Assembly (NCBI RefSeq): GCF_001194135.2
Contig: NC_068985.1
Coordinates: 84,520,194-84,575,976 of the forward strand
DNA length: 55,783 bases
Source of the DNA: Octopus bimaculoides
Taxonomy: Eukaryota
Reading direction: 5' to 3'
The position numbers and the translations under genes were made by a program. Positions 12,372 to 24,645 of the stretch are shown one piece after another. Each line of letters opens with the position of its first letter. Position 1 is the stretch's first letter. Below the pieces are notes generated by a model. That model worked only from the letters and a program-made list of their open reading frames with translations. It did not search any database and was not told the origin of the DNA.

Positions 12372-12759
12372 NNNNNNNNNNNNNNNNNNNNNNNNNNNNN
12401 NNNNNNNNNNNNNNNNNNNNNNNNNNNNNNNNNNNNNNNNNNNNNNNNNNNNNNNNNNNNNNNNNNNNNNNNNNNNNNNNNNNNNNNNNNNNNNNNNNNN
12501 NNNNNNNNNNNNNNNNNNNNNNNNNNNNNNNNNNNNNNNNNNNNNNNNNNNNNNNNNNNNNNNNNNNNNNNNNNNNNNNNNNNNNNNNNNNNNNNNNNNN
12601 NNNNNNNNNNNNNNNNNNNNNNNNNNNNNNNNNNNNNNNNNNNNNNNNNNNNNNNNNNNNNNNNNNNNNNNNNNNNNGGTGGTTGTCTTGGGGAAAAATA
12701 TAAAAAATGAGTAAAAAAAAATAAAACAAAATTCATTTTTTAAGTCAAAAAATGTAATC

Positions 12760-13230
12760 ATGACAACAACTACAGCAACAATAAATCTAATAATAGTATC
12801 AGCATTCAGTATGATGTTGATCATGATGGTGATGATGATGATAGTGACAACAATTATAATAATAAATGTAATTATAAAACTTGTGCATGTGACGATATTG
12901 TTGATGATGATGATAATGATAGCTGTGGTGGTGATGTTGATGGTGATGATGATGATAGGGATGGTGGTGGTGGTAGTGGTGATGATGATGATAGGGATGG
13001 TGGTGGTGGTAGTGGTGATGATGATGATGATGATAGGGATGGTGGTGGTGGTAGTGGTGATGATGATGATGATGATAGGGATGGTGGTGGTGGCTGTGAA
13101 GGTTATGACAATGATGATGATGATGACAGTAATGATGATGTTGTTGCTGTTGTTGTTGTTGTTTTTGTTTGTGGTGGTGGTGGTGGTGGTGGTAGTGGTG
13201 GGTAGGGTTAGTAACAATAATAACAACAAA
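12760..13230. repeat. Compound (GAT)/(GGT)/(GTT) trinucleotide tract with a higher-order unit
   Basis: GATGATGATAGGGATGGTGGTGGTGGTAGTGGT repeated about 4 times at 12945-13090. Confidence 0.9.
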
Positions 13231-13589
13231 CATCTGTAGCAGAGAGGCTGTTGCCTTGTTTATTCCTGGAACTACACCAGTGTAGTAGACAACATAGTGT
13301 GTATATGTGTGCATAGGAGGGAGGAGGTGCAGAAGGGTATGGTTAGTGGGTAGGTTATTTTTATTATTCTTATATGTTTTCTAAAGCACTAACCTACCTA
13401 CCCACACACACACACACACACACACTCACCCCTGCTGTTTGACATCTTTGAAAAAAAAGAATATTAATACTTTTTGGTCTATTCTTTCTGTATTATTTTC
13501 TTTTCTTTCTTAATATATTTATTTCTTCATTTATTTATTTATCTTTGAACTGTGGTAACTCTGTTGTGTGATTCTGTACAAGCATGCAT

Positions 13590-13634
<45 letters not shown>

Positions 13635-14000
13635 NNNNNNNNNNNNNNNNNNNNNNNNNNNNNNNNNNNNNNNNNNNNNNNNNNNNNNNNNNNNNNNNNN
13701 NNNNNNNNNNNNNNNNNNNNNNNNNNNNNNNNNNNNNNNNNNNNNNNNNNNNNNNNNNNNNNNNNNNNNNNNNNNNNNNNNNNNNNNNNNNNNNNNNNNN
13801 NNNNNNNNNNNNNNNNNNNNNNNNNNNNNNNNNNNNNNNNNNNNNNNNNNNNNNNNNNNNNNNNNNNNNNNNNNNNNNNNNNATTTATCTATTTATAAGT
13901 ACACACACATACAAATGTAGCAGAAGCATAAAACAAAAAGGTAACTCAATGCATAATATGTGTACACAAGTGTGCTTGCAAATATATAGGTAGAGATATA

Positions 14001-14945
14001 CAGGAGTTGGACAAAATAATGGAAACACCTTAAAATTTCAAACAAATTTATTTTAATATGGGGTAGGATTGCCTTTGGCAGTAATTACAGCTTGAATTTT
14101 ATGAGGTATGGACTTATGAAAAGTTTGAATTTTTTCCAAAGGAATTTTTGTCCATTCTTCAGCTAAAACAGTTCTTGTAGTGCTGATGGTGGAGGATAGC
14201 AACTTCTTACTTGTTTTTCTAAAATGCACCATAAATGTTCAATCATATTGAGACCTGGGGACTCTGGTAGCCAGATAAGAAGCTCAACTACACTTGAATG
14301 TTCCTTGTGCCATTCAGTAATAACTTTAGCTGTGGGAATTGGTGCATTATCATCCTGAAAGATTATGTTTCCCTCCGGAAACAGTTCCACAACCATAGGA
14401 TGAATTTGATCAGATAAAATGCTTAAATAGTCTTGAATATTAATTCTGCCATGAAGAGAGACCATTGGGCCGGTGGATTTCCATGATATGACCCCACCAG
14501 ATCATCACAGATCTGCCTCAATGTTTAACAGTTGGAAGAAAGCAGTCTGGGTCAAATGCTTCTTTTGACTGTCTCCATATGTATACTCAGCCAGTGGTCG
14601 TAAATAAGGTAATGAATGACTCGTCCAAGAAAATAACATTCTTCCACTGCTCGAGGGACCAATTCTGTAGGTTTTTTACTCTACTCTAAATGCATTGCAA
14701 TGTTTGTTTTTGAAGTACTGGTTTTCTGATTGCAGCCCTCCCATGTACAGCTCCCAGCGAACTGTTTTTGTTGAAACTGTGTTCTCAAGTTGGTCATTAA
14801 GCTCTGCAGTAATTTTGGGAGCTGTACTTTTGTGATCCTTTCTAACAATTCGCATAAGAGTCTGATGGTCCCTATTTGAAAGCTTTGGTTTTCTTCCGGA
14901 GTTTTGTGTCAATGAGGAGGTTTTTCCCTCTTTCTCAAAGAGTTC
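14001..14945 (-). mobile_element. Tc1-like DNA transposon, 5'-truncated, with transposase pseudogene
   Basis: TA then terminal CAGGAGTTGGACAAAATAATGGAAACACC at 14001; minus-strand frames give SGRKPKLSNRD (HTH linker), VIFLDES, FQDDNAP and WLPESPGLNMIEHLW, with stops and frameshifts. Confidence 0.93.
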
Positions 14946-15000
14946 GAATCCAGGCAGTGACTTGAATAATAATGATAATAATAATAATAATAATAATAAC

Positions 15001-15180
15001 ATCGAAAAATACCTTAGGAATGAGAACCCAGGTTCAAAATTTCTCCAAGACACCTGAAGAAGGCTGGAGGGTATATCAGCTGAAACGTGTTAACAATGAA
15101 CAAGATGAGGATAAATATCTGTTGAATGTAAATAATGTAAATAATGCACATAATTCCTCATCACTTAAATATAGAAATGT
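15001..15180 (+). mobile_element. Penelope-like terminal fragment with a hammerhead-like core (15049-15091)
   Basis: GACAC-CTGAAGA-A-GGCTG[10 nt]CAGCT-GAAAC-GTGTT, directly after (AAT)n. Confidence 0.6.
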
Positions 15181-15219
15181 ATGCTCAGCAACATTTTGCC
15201 CTTTTTTTCTTTTATTTTT

Positions 15220-15790
15220 TCTTTTACTTGTTTCAGTCATTTTACAGTGGCCATGCTGCAGCACTGCCTTTAGTTGAACGAATCAACCTCAGGACTTATT
15301 CCTTGTAAGCCTAGAACTTATTCTATCAGTCTCTTTTGCCAAACTGCTAAGTTATGGGCACGTAAACACACATCGGTTGTCAAGCGATGCTGGGAAGACA
15401 AACACACACACACACATATCTACTATATATTTGTGAAAAAGAGTGGATGCCTCACAAGCAGTTGTGCAGGCAAAAGTGTTTGTAAATGTGGTCGGATTGA
15501 CCTGAAAATTTGCACACTTATGTCAAAAGTGGTGGGGAGTGTGCATGGCAACTTTGAGTTTGCTCAATTGAAAGGCGTGGCTTTTAAGGGCAAAATTCTT
15601 CATCTTTAAAATGTGGCCCAAGTAGACCCAAATGAAATCCGGTTATAATACTAGTATATATATATATATATATACGATGGGCTTCTTTCAGTTTCCATCT
15701 ACCAAATCCACTCACAAGGCTTTGATCAGCCCGAGGTTAGAAGACTATAGGTGCCTCACAGTGGAACTGAACCCAGAGCCATGTGGTTGG
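15220..15790 (-). mobile_element. SINE group A copy carrying a nested Helitron
   Basis: Tail 15220-15418 and head 15655-15790 match group A. Confidence 0.85.
15419..15654 (+). mobile_element. Non-autonomous Helitron-type element (236 bp)
   Basis: Begins TC(TACTATATA), ends CTAG, sits between A and T without a TSD, with a degenerate GC-containing hairpin just before CTAG. Confidence 0.7.
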
Positions 15791-15794
15791 GAGG

Positions 15795-16195
15795 CCCTTG
15801 AGTTCAAATTCTGAGTTCAAATTCCACTGAGGTCAACGTTGCCTTTCACCCTTTCAGGATTTAGTTAAGCATTGGGGTCGATGTAATCAACTAATCCCCT
15901 TCTTCCAAATATCAGACCTTGTCTTTATAGCAGAAAGGATTATCCTTATTTAGGTGATGAAATGGTAGAATCATTAGTACGCTGGGTGAAATGCTTAGTT
16001 GCATTTCATCTGACTTCACACTCTGAGTTCAAATCCTGCCAAGGTCGACTTTGCCTTTCATCCTTTCGGGGTTAATAAATAAAGTACCAGTTGAGTACTG
16101 CAGTCGGTGTAATCCACTTAACTCCACCCCCAACCCCAGCCAAATTTCAGGCTTTGTGCCTATAGTAAAAAGGATTATTATTATCATCATTATTT
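15795..16195 (+). mobile_element. Two tandem SINE group B copies
   Basis: TTCTGAGTTCAAAT..GGTCGACTTTGCCTTTCATCCTTTCGGGG motifs; the second copy ends in (TTA)n. Confidence 0.85.
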
Positions 16196-16499
16196 GTTTC
16201 ATGCTAGCTTTTCCCTGCACCACTGCATTTCACTGTCCCACTAGATAATTGTGCTTACTATTATGATGGGATGGGGAGATAACTGAGTGCTGTATAATTT
16301 TCTGTTCCATGGGGTTTGTTCTGTGTTCTGTTGATTGACTGTTGTTTTTCCGCTTGTAAAAGGTTTTATAGCTTTGGAAGATAATTGTGTGGAATATGTG
16401 TTGTATAAGTTGTACTGAGAGGTAATTGCATAGAATATGTACTATGTGTGAGGTTTTTGTTATGAATGTCAATATTAAATTTTAGCCCAAGGCCAGCAG

Positions 16500-16665
16500 G
16501 TTTTACATCGACCCCTGTATTCAGCTGGTACTTATTCTATCAACCCTGAAAGAATGAAAGGCAAATCTGATCCTTGCAGGATTTGAACTCAGAAAGTGAA
16601 GACAGATGAAATGCTATTAAGCATTTTGCCTGGCATGCTAACATTTCTGCCAGTTTGCCACCATT
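16500..16665 (-). mobile_element. SINE group B
   Basis: GAATGAAAGGCAAA..GATTTGAACTCAGAA..TTCTGCCAG. Confidence 0.8.
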
Positions 16666-18386
16666 TTTGTTATAAACATTGGAAAGTAATTGTGAAAAAC
16701 AGTGGATCTTAAACTCAGGAATAACTCCTCCCAGAGGACATTATATGATCACAAGGGAACAGAAAATATGAAAAAAAGTGCTCAATGGAGATTGTTCAGC
16801 AACGTTGTGATTTTTCTTAGAAATGAAATATTTAAACCAAACCCAGTACTTTTATTTTTAACACATTTTCATAAAATCTTTGTCAGGATTAAAATATGAG
16901 TCAGACATTGTGCCATCAGTGAGCAGAAAACATGACTGATGATGCACCAAGGTCCAATATAATTTTGTCATATAAATTCATGTTTTCTATAGTGATGTCC
17001 ATAATCATTTAACATAGAGGCCACTACTTCATGCAAATATCAAGAAAGGGGCACATGGATGAGATAGAATAAGAAAAAATGGATAATAAAATATTGCACA
17101 AAATTAGCTTCTGTTTAATTAAAATAATAATCTGCTAGTATTTGTTTGTTTTGTTTTGTTTTTCTCTTTCCTTTTTCTTTAGTATTTTTCTGCTGTTTTT
17201 TTTTTTGGGGGGGGGGGGTTGTGTGTTTGATTTGCAAAACATGAAGAAGGGTGTTTGTAAGATGCCATTCTATTAAAGGATTCACAGAGTTACTAAAGGT
17301 TGATAACCACTGTGATAGAATATATGCTGTTGTGTGGTATTGGAAGGTGTTAGGTAGAATATGTGTATTGTGTGTACGTCTGTGTTGTAGCATTCGGAGA
17401 TGATTGTGTATGACATTTACCGTGTGAATTGTGTTTTAGTTAAGGGAAAATGATTGCATAGAATGTATTGTGTATAAGTTATGTTAATAGTATTACAAAG
17501 TGATTACATAGAATATGAGCTGCTTGAGTTGTGTTACAGAACAGGGGAGGGGATTGAATAGAAAATGATGTGCTTGTGTTTTCATATATATATACATGCG
17601 TGTGTGTGTGTGTATATAGACACACACACACACACACATACTTACACACACACTCATGCATATATATATAGATGTGTATATGCATATATATATATATATA
17701 CTCACTGATACAAATGTGCATGTTCATATTGAATACATTTTTGTATATACATATTCATGTGAGTATGCTTATATATAAAGAACACGCACTCACACACACA
17801 TATATATATGCACACACGCACACACACACACATGTGTATGTGTGTAAATGTTTACTTGTATTAATAGATACTGCAAGGGTATTATAGTGATGTTTACTCA
17901 AAAATTGTCAACTCTTAAAAAAAAAAAAGCTAACAAAATATTTTTTTTTAAATTTAAATTTATATTTCAATTGTTTTATATATTTATTTTTCTTCAAATT
18001 ATACTTCCCACCCCACCTCCATTTTATACATGCAAGGAAATGCATGTTTACATGTGTGCAGTAATGATTAGCTGAATATGTAGTTGTGAGCACCTAACAT
18101 TCTTTAGGCACCTTTTCACAACACATTTTGTGCATATTATAATACTAAGTCATATCTTTGGAGGAAAGTTTGAAAAATTGATATGATTATTGTCATATGG
18201 TATCAGTATTGCATGCAGCCCAATATTTTCACTTTATTATTGTAATCTAGTTTATCACATTGAGCATTTTTTCTTTTTTTTCTTTGGATTCTTCTTAACA
18301 CTATGCAGGTGTGGCTCTCACATATGTTTATCAGAATGGATATATGCATTTATTCTCTCTGACTCTCTGTCTGTCTCTCTCTGTCT

Positions 18387-18419
<33 letters not shown>

Positions 18420-19309
18420 CATGTTCATTTATTTGATTTGATTGTGTGTGTGTGTGTGTGTGTGTGTGTTTACATGCAAATTTGTACATTCCTCTGTGTG
18501 TTTATATATTTGAATATATTTGTACGGATATTTGCTTGAATCTGTGAATGTGTATCCATATATATGTGAACATACATGATTTGCATGTGTGTGTGTTTGT
18601 ATCGATGTACTTATATGTGGGCATATGTGCACACATACGTCTATACTCTGCTGTGTCTTTATGCTTTGGTGTGTACATATGTGTGTATGTGTTTTTACAA
18701 AGCAAGTTGATGAAGAAGATAAAATATTGGATTCCCAACTTTCTGGTTATAAGTTCAAATGTCTAACTACAAAGTTAACAAACCAGGGGACTCTCCATGT
18801 GATCTCTCCATCTTCTAGAGTTAGCAACCAAACATCCCTTAAATTACACTTTGTCTTTGAAAAGGGTGCATTGGATAATGTAGTCTTTGGTTCCCAGCAC
18901 ATAAGAAAAGGACAGTAGAAATCACTGTTAGGAAGTCTTTAATCATAGGTCTACACAGAGCTGAACTATTTGAGGCCAACCAAGAACAGCAAAGATAAGT
19001 ACATGTCTTATGAGCATTTGTAGATCATGAAGATATGAGGCTGTAGGAGGTGCTGCCGTCCAGTAAATCTGTAAAAAGGTGGGTGAATAAAGCATAAATT
19101 GCCCAAATGAAGAATAGACCTACATTAAGCGTAGGTTGAAAAGTATCGCAGAAAAGGAAACATTTTCCATGGTACTCCTGCTGAGTACGATGACTCAAGA
19201 TGTAGTGGGTTCCCTAGTTGCCCCTAAGTGGTACTTCGCTCCTATTAGGGAGTTTTATTATTACAATTCATTTATTAATTGTTATTGCATTATTGATTAC
19301 ATATCATCA

Positions 19310-20007
19310 TCATCATCATCATCGTTTAACATCCGCTTTCCATGCTAGCATGGGTTTAACGATTTGACTGAGGACTGGTGAACCAGATGGCTACACCAGG
19401 CTCCAATCTGATTTGGCAGAGTTTCTACAGCTGGATGCCCTTCCTAACGCCAACCACTCTGAGAGTGTAGTGGGTGCTTTTACGTGCCACCGGCACGAAG
19501 GCCAGTCAGGCGGTACTGGCAACAGCCATGCTCAAAATGGTGTATTTTACATGCCACCTGCACGGGAGCCAGTCCAGTGGTAATGGCAACGATCTCGCTC
19601 AAATATCCTTACACATGCCATGGGCACAAGTTCCAGAAAGGCGATACTGGGCACAGGTGCCATCACGATTTCGCTTTCGCTTGCCCCAACAGGTCTTCGC
19701 AAGCTGAGTTTCATGTCCAATGAAGNNNNNNNNNNCGCTTTCGCTTGCCCCAACAGGTCTTCGCAAGCTGAGTTTCATGTCCAATGAAGGAGACAACGTT
19801 GGCATGGGTGCCAGTCATCGAATTTAGTTTGATTTTGATTTTACTTGCCTCAATAGGTCTTCGCAAGCGGAGTTTAGTGTCCAATGAAGGAAAGGTAGGC
19901 ATAAGTGGGCTGTCTACACCCCTGGCAGAGGCCTTGGATTTAGGTCTCACTTGGCTTGCCGGGTCTTCTCACGCACAGCATATTTCCAAAGGTTTCGGTC
20001 GTTTGTA
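19310..20007 (-). mobile_element. 3' end of an RTE-clade LINE (last codons, repeat-rich 3'UTR, (GAT)n tail)
   Basis: Minus strand 19947-20000 reads DRNLWKYAVREKTRQAK*, an RTE-type DRxxW C-terminus, followed by the UTR seen at 9598 and 53620. Confidence 0.85.
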
Positions 20008-20129
20008 TAAAAATCCATTGTCGACTGTCTTTGTATTATCTTAAATGTTCTTTTGCAGACCTTGTAGCCAATACAGAAAGTATTATTATTTTTCTTATTA
20101 GAATTGGTTGAATGATGGACAAAATGTCT

Positions 20130-20530
20130 TACAGGGTCTAGTCATATTTCTTTGCATTTTAAGTTGAAATTCTTCTGGGTTCCACTTTGTTCTTGATACT
20201 TCATTGATTGATAAAATAAAGTACCAGTTGAATATTGGGGTTGATTTAATCTACGTGTGCCCTACTCCACAATCATGCTTTTACATTATAACTGAGTACT
20301 GAAGTTCTCTTAGAGCTGTGGATTGAGAGAATCATTCGTGCACTGGACAAAATGCTTTGCAGTATTTGATCTGGCTCTTTATGTTCTAACTTCAGATCTC
20401 CACTGATGTCTTTCATCCTCTCAGGGTCAGTAAAATAAAGTGCAACTCAAGTACTGAAGTGGAGTTAATCAGCTGAACTCCGCCGCCCCCATATAATTTC
20501 TTATCTTGCACCTGTGTTAGAAATAAATGT
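20130..20530 (+). mobile_element. Two degenerate SINE group B copies
   Basis: TGATAAAATAAAGTACCAGTTGAATATTGGGG and AGAATCATT..GGACAAAATGCTT blocks. Confidence 0.65.
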
Positions 20531-20571
20531 TATAGTATTATTTTAACATTTAAATATTAAAGTATTTTTTC

Positions 20572-21013
20572 ACCCTGCTCCAGCAGCCCCATCTGCACTG
20601 GTTCAATTATGTACACCGCATGCCATACAGGAGGATCCCAAAAGACCTCTTGTATGGGGAATTGGCCACTGGCACAAGAGCATGAGGAGGACTTCATCTT
20701 CATTTCAAGGACGTCTGTAAGAGAGATATGAAGTCAATAGATCTGGACGTTCTGAGATGGGAGGAGATCTCAAATGATCACCCACACTGGGGACATATAC
20801 TGCAAAAGGGGATGAAGCAAGGGGAAGCGAAAGAGGAACTCCCCCCCCCCCGAGAAAAGCACACTCAATGGAAAGAAAAATCAGTGGTGCCGACAGAGAG
20901 CTCCTTCAGATGCAGTCACTATATGCATGACTACCACTCTCATGTGGTCCTCCACAGCCACAGCAGATGCTGCACCACCATCGTGGTCTCTTGAGACTGA
21001 TGGATGCCTACTA
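20572..21013 (+). mobile_element. RTE-clade LINE 3' fragment (second lineage)
   Basis: One frame, one internal stop (20683): HLHWFNYVHRMPYRRIPKDLLYGELATG...FKDVCKRDMK...WEEISND..W, then a Cys/His-rich end; tail GAGACTGATGGATGCCTACTACT. Confidence 0.88.
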
Positions 21014-21014
21014 C

Positions 21015-21385
21015 TTTTATCATTTACTTGTTTTACTTGTTTAGTCATTGGACTGTGGCCAATCTGGGGCATTGCCTTAAAGGATTTTAGTCAAATAAAT
21101 CAACCCCTAGGCTTATTTTCAAGTCTGGTATTTATTCCATTGATCTCTCTTGCCAAAGTTACATGGATGTAAACAAACTAATACTGGTTGTCAAGCAATA
21201 GAGATAACCAAACACACATATATGATGGGATTCCACACAGTTTCCATTTGCTATGTTTACTCATAAGACATTGGTCAACCCAGGGTGATAGTAGAAGATG
21301 CTTGCCCAAGGTTCCACACGGTGAGACTGAACCTAAAACCAAATGGTTGAAAGTGAGCCTCTTAATCATGCAGCCATGCTTGCAC
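21015..21385 (-). mobile_element. SINE group A, near full length
   Basis: Colinear with the reverse complement of 45161-45604. Confidence 0.8.
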
Positions 21386-21527
21386 CAATATTCTCCAACT
21401 TTCTAAACTAAAAGTCTTTCTCCAAAGAATTAACAGAAAGTTATCATTTAGTTAGTTTTGAAATTATTGTTTGTTATATTCAATAGCAATATTTGTAGTC
21501 AAATCACTGATGCCTGTGTGTGTATAT

Positions 21528-21566
<39 letters not shown>

Positions 21567-22189
21567 ACACTGTCTGTATGTCTGTCTGTATGTGTCTCTT
21601 GTGTGTCTGTGTGTTGAGTAAAAATAGAATTTAATGGTATAAAACTCCCAAACAATGTCCTGTTTATGGATGTAAAGAACAGTGAATTAGGAATTCATGG
21701 CAGTAAAAGGAATTATAATAATAACTGCGATTATAATAATTGTAAAAAAAGAAATAATAATAATAACAATAATAATAATAATAACAATAATAATAATAAT
21801 AAGTTTTAAATTCCAGTGAATGCAATAATTATAGGTTTTCTCCCCCTTTCTTTAAGAAAAGAAATGGCTGACATCAACAGATTAAATTAAGAAAATACTA
21901 CTCTGTGTGTGTATGTGTGTGTGTTGATGTATGTGTGTTTATGTGCACTTTTTTTTTTATTCTTAATACTAGAGACGCAAACTAAAACTGGACGGAATAT
22001 TAAGAACCTGCAATTTTAAATATACACTTCTATTCAAAAAATAGTTATATAATGCATTGGACATGCATCACATCATATCCATATAGTCCAGATTAGTTGT
22101 TAATCTTCAGACGAGCTTGTAATTCAGCAGTGCTGGTTCAATTCACGTTCTCAGATGAGTTATTTTATTTCACTAATTGCACAATGCCG

Positions 22190-22360
22190 GCATGGTTGTC
22201 TTGTGAAGAATTTCACTCTGCAACTGCATGGTTTTTGGTTCGGTTCCACTGCATTGTACCTTTGGCAAATGTCTTCTAATATAGCCCTGGGTCTACCAAA
22301 ACCATCTAAGAGAATTTGGTAGAAGGGGCCTGTGTGGAAACCCATTGTGTATAAGTATTG
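22190..22360 (+). mobile_element. SINE group A 5' half
   Basis: GGTTCGGTTCCACTGCATTGTACCTTTGGCAAATGTCTTCTAATATAGCC. Confidence 0.65.
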
Positions 22361-22854
22361 ATGTTAGTGAAACTTAGTTGCTATTTTTAGCAGGTCAAAT
22401 GATCGCACACATGCTCTTCATTGCTTTTTGCTGCTGCTGCTGCGGCAGCGGTGGCAATGACAGTGATGGTAATTTAAGGGTTGCTTGGCTGTTATTTCTA
22501 GAAGATTCAATGGTAGTTAGAGCCCTCCTCCTCACTAACGTATTGATACTACTGCTGTTACTGATGTTGATGATAATAGCGATAGTTGAGAAGATGATGA
22601 TGGTGGTGGTGATGGTGGTGGTTTTGGTGATTATGAAGACAATGGGCATGATTTCGTGGCGATGACAAGGAGGTGGATCATCAACACCACCAGCCACAGT
22701 ATCAACAGTACTAATGAGGAGCATGGCTTTATGTTACCACTGAACCTGCTAGAAATATCTGCCAAGTCTCCCTTAAATCACATCCAACTATCTAAAAATA
22801 CAGAGGGATAAACTGAAAATGTAGTCCAAGGTTATGATAATAATAATGATGAAG

Positions 22855-23019
22855 ATGATAATACTTTCTACTCTAAGAACAAGACCTGAGATGGGGCTTG
22901 TCGATTACATTGACCCCAGGCCTTAACTGGTTCTGTATTTTATTGACCCTAAAACGAGGAAAGATAAAGTCGACTTCAGTAGAATTTGAACTCAAAATGT
23001 AAAATCAGAAGAAATGCTG
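22855..23019 (-). mobile_element. SINE group B, interrupted at 23020 by a local duplication
   Basis: AAAGTCGACTTCAGTAGAATTTGAACTCAAAATG..GAAATGCTGCT stops abruptly; a head-like ATTCTGCCAG reappears near 23587. Confidence 0.7.
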
Positions 23020-23252
23020 CTGAGATATCTTCTAGAAATAGCGGAAAAAAAACAACTTTTTTCCCCACAAAAGATTTTCTTTCCAATCATTTTCTTAATG
23101 CTTGCCTAGAAGGCAAATAAACTTGATCATATTATATCTATCTATACATATATATGCATAAATATATTTATACTGATCTTATTATCTATACGTACCAACC
23201 CATCTGTCTGTCTCTCCCTCTCTCTCGTTTTATATATAGATATATATGTGTG

Positions 23253-23288
<36 letters not shown>

Positions 23289-23302
23289 TGTATGTATGTA
23301 TG

Positions 23303-23330
<28 letters not shown>
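23020..23330 (+). repeat. ~300-bp direct duplication, copy 1
   Basis: About 95% identical to 25699-25990 (CTGAGATATCTTCTAGAAATAGCGG...). Confidence 0.9.
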
Positions 23331-23357
<27 letters not shown>

Positions 23358-23522
23358 NNNNNNNNNNNNNNNNNNNNNNNNNNNNNNNNNNNNNNNNNNN
23401 NNNNNNNNNNNNNNNNNNNNNNNNNNNNNNNNNNNNNNNNNNNNNNNNNNNNNNNNNNNNNNNNNNNNNNNNNNNNNNNNNNNNNNNNNNNNNNNNNNNN
23501 NNNNNNNNNNNNNNNNNNNNNN

Positions 23523-23579
<57 letters not shown>

Positions 23580-24268
23580 TGTAATAATTCTGCCAGTAAT
23601 GATGGTGCAGATAATAATGATGATAATGATTATGATTATGACGAGTGTTGCTGGAGATAATGATAATTATAATAGAAGTAGGGATGGTAGTGATGATGAT
23701 GATGATGATGATGATGATGGTGGTCATATATTTAGTGCATTGACTTACCATTTGTTTATCTTAAGAGTCATATCATTTGGTTTTGTATACGTTTAACACC
23801 TGTTTTTCTGTACTAGCATGGGTTACAAGAGGAATTATTTGAAGCACATTTTTAAGCCTGGATATTCTTGTCACTAACCTTTCCATGCTTTTTAGATAAG
23901 GATCCATTTACACTACGAGTCTTCAAAAATTCAGAGTGTCTGGTCACAATGTTAGCAACAGATGTCCAAATCATCACTTCCTTACTCAGTGGTATCACAT
24001 GTAGAATATTCAAATCATACGCACTTATGCATGTATCCACTCACACATATTCATAGAAATAAACAGATATATATGCACATACACACACGCACACATACAC
24101 ACAGCCATAAATATACACACACACATACATACATACATACATACATACATATCTATACACACACACACACACACATACACACACACACATACACATATAT
24201 ATATATCACTGTACTGATCAGACCATGTGATGCTGTTATACTTTGTTCACAGTGCCCTTCCAATTCTA

Positions 24269-24480
24269 CAGGGTGTCCCCAAAGTCTAGGTACATGGAGT
24301 AAATAAAATCATAATATAAACAATTACATATAAGAAATAATAATTTCTTGAAGTATGTGTTAATTCCCACGTGGATACATGGAGTAAATAAAATGATAAC
24401 ATAAACAATTAAATATGAAAAGTAATAATTTCTAAAAGTATGTGTTAATCCCCACGTACCTAGACTTTGTGGACACCCTG
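24269..24480. mobile_element. Tc1/mariner-type MITE (212 bp)
   Basis: TA on both sides; 25-bp TIRs CAGGGTGTCCCCAAAGTCTAGGTAC / GTACCTAGACTTTGTGGACACCCTG (1 mismatch); interior is two tandem ~85-bp units. Confidence 0.92.
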
Positions 24481-24494
24481 TATATTATATTATG

Positions 24495-24645
24495 TATAGA
24501 CAGATTTCTGCAGTTTCAGTCTATCAAATACATTCTCAAGGCATTGGTCAACCCAGGACTATAATAGTAGGCACTTCAGTGGATCTGAACCTGAAGCCGC
24601 ATGTTTACAAAAGATACCTCTAAACCACACAGCCATTCCTACATG
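24495..24645 (-). mobile_element. SINE group A 5' half
   Basis: CAAGGCATTGGTCAACCCAGGACTATAATAG..CCACACAGCCAT. Confidence 0.65.

Noticed and set aside
19672-19789. Identical 54-bp direct repeat either side of a 10-N gap
   Set aside because: Typical contig-overlap artefact; not counted as a biological duplication.
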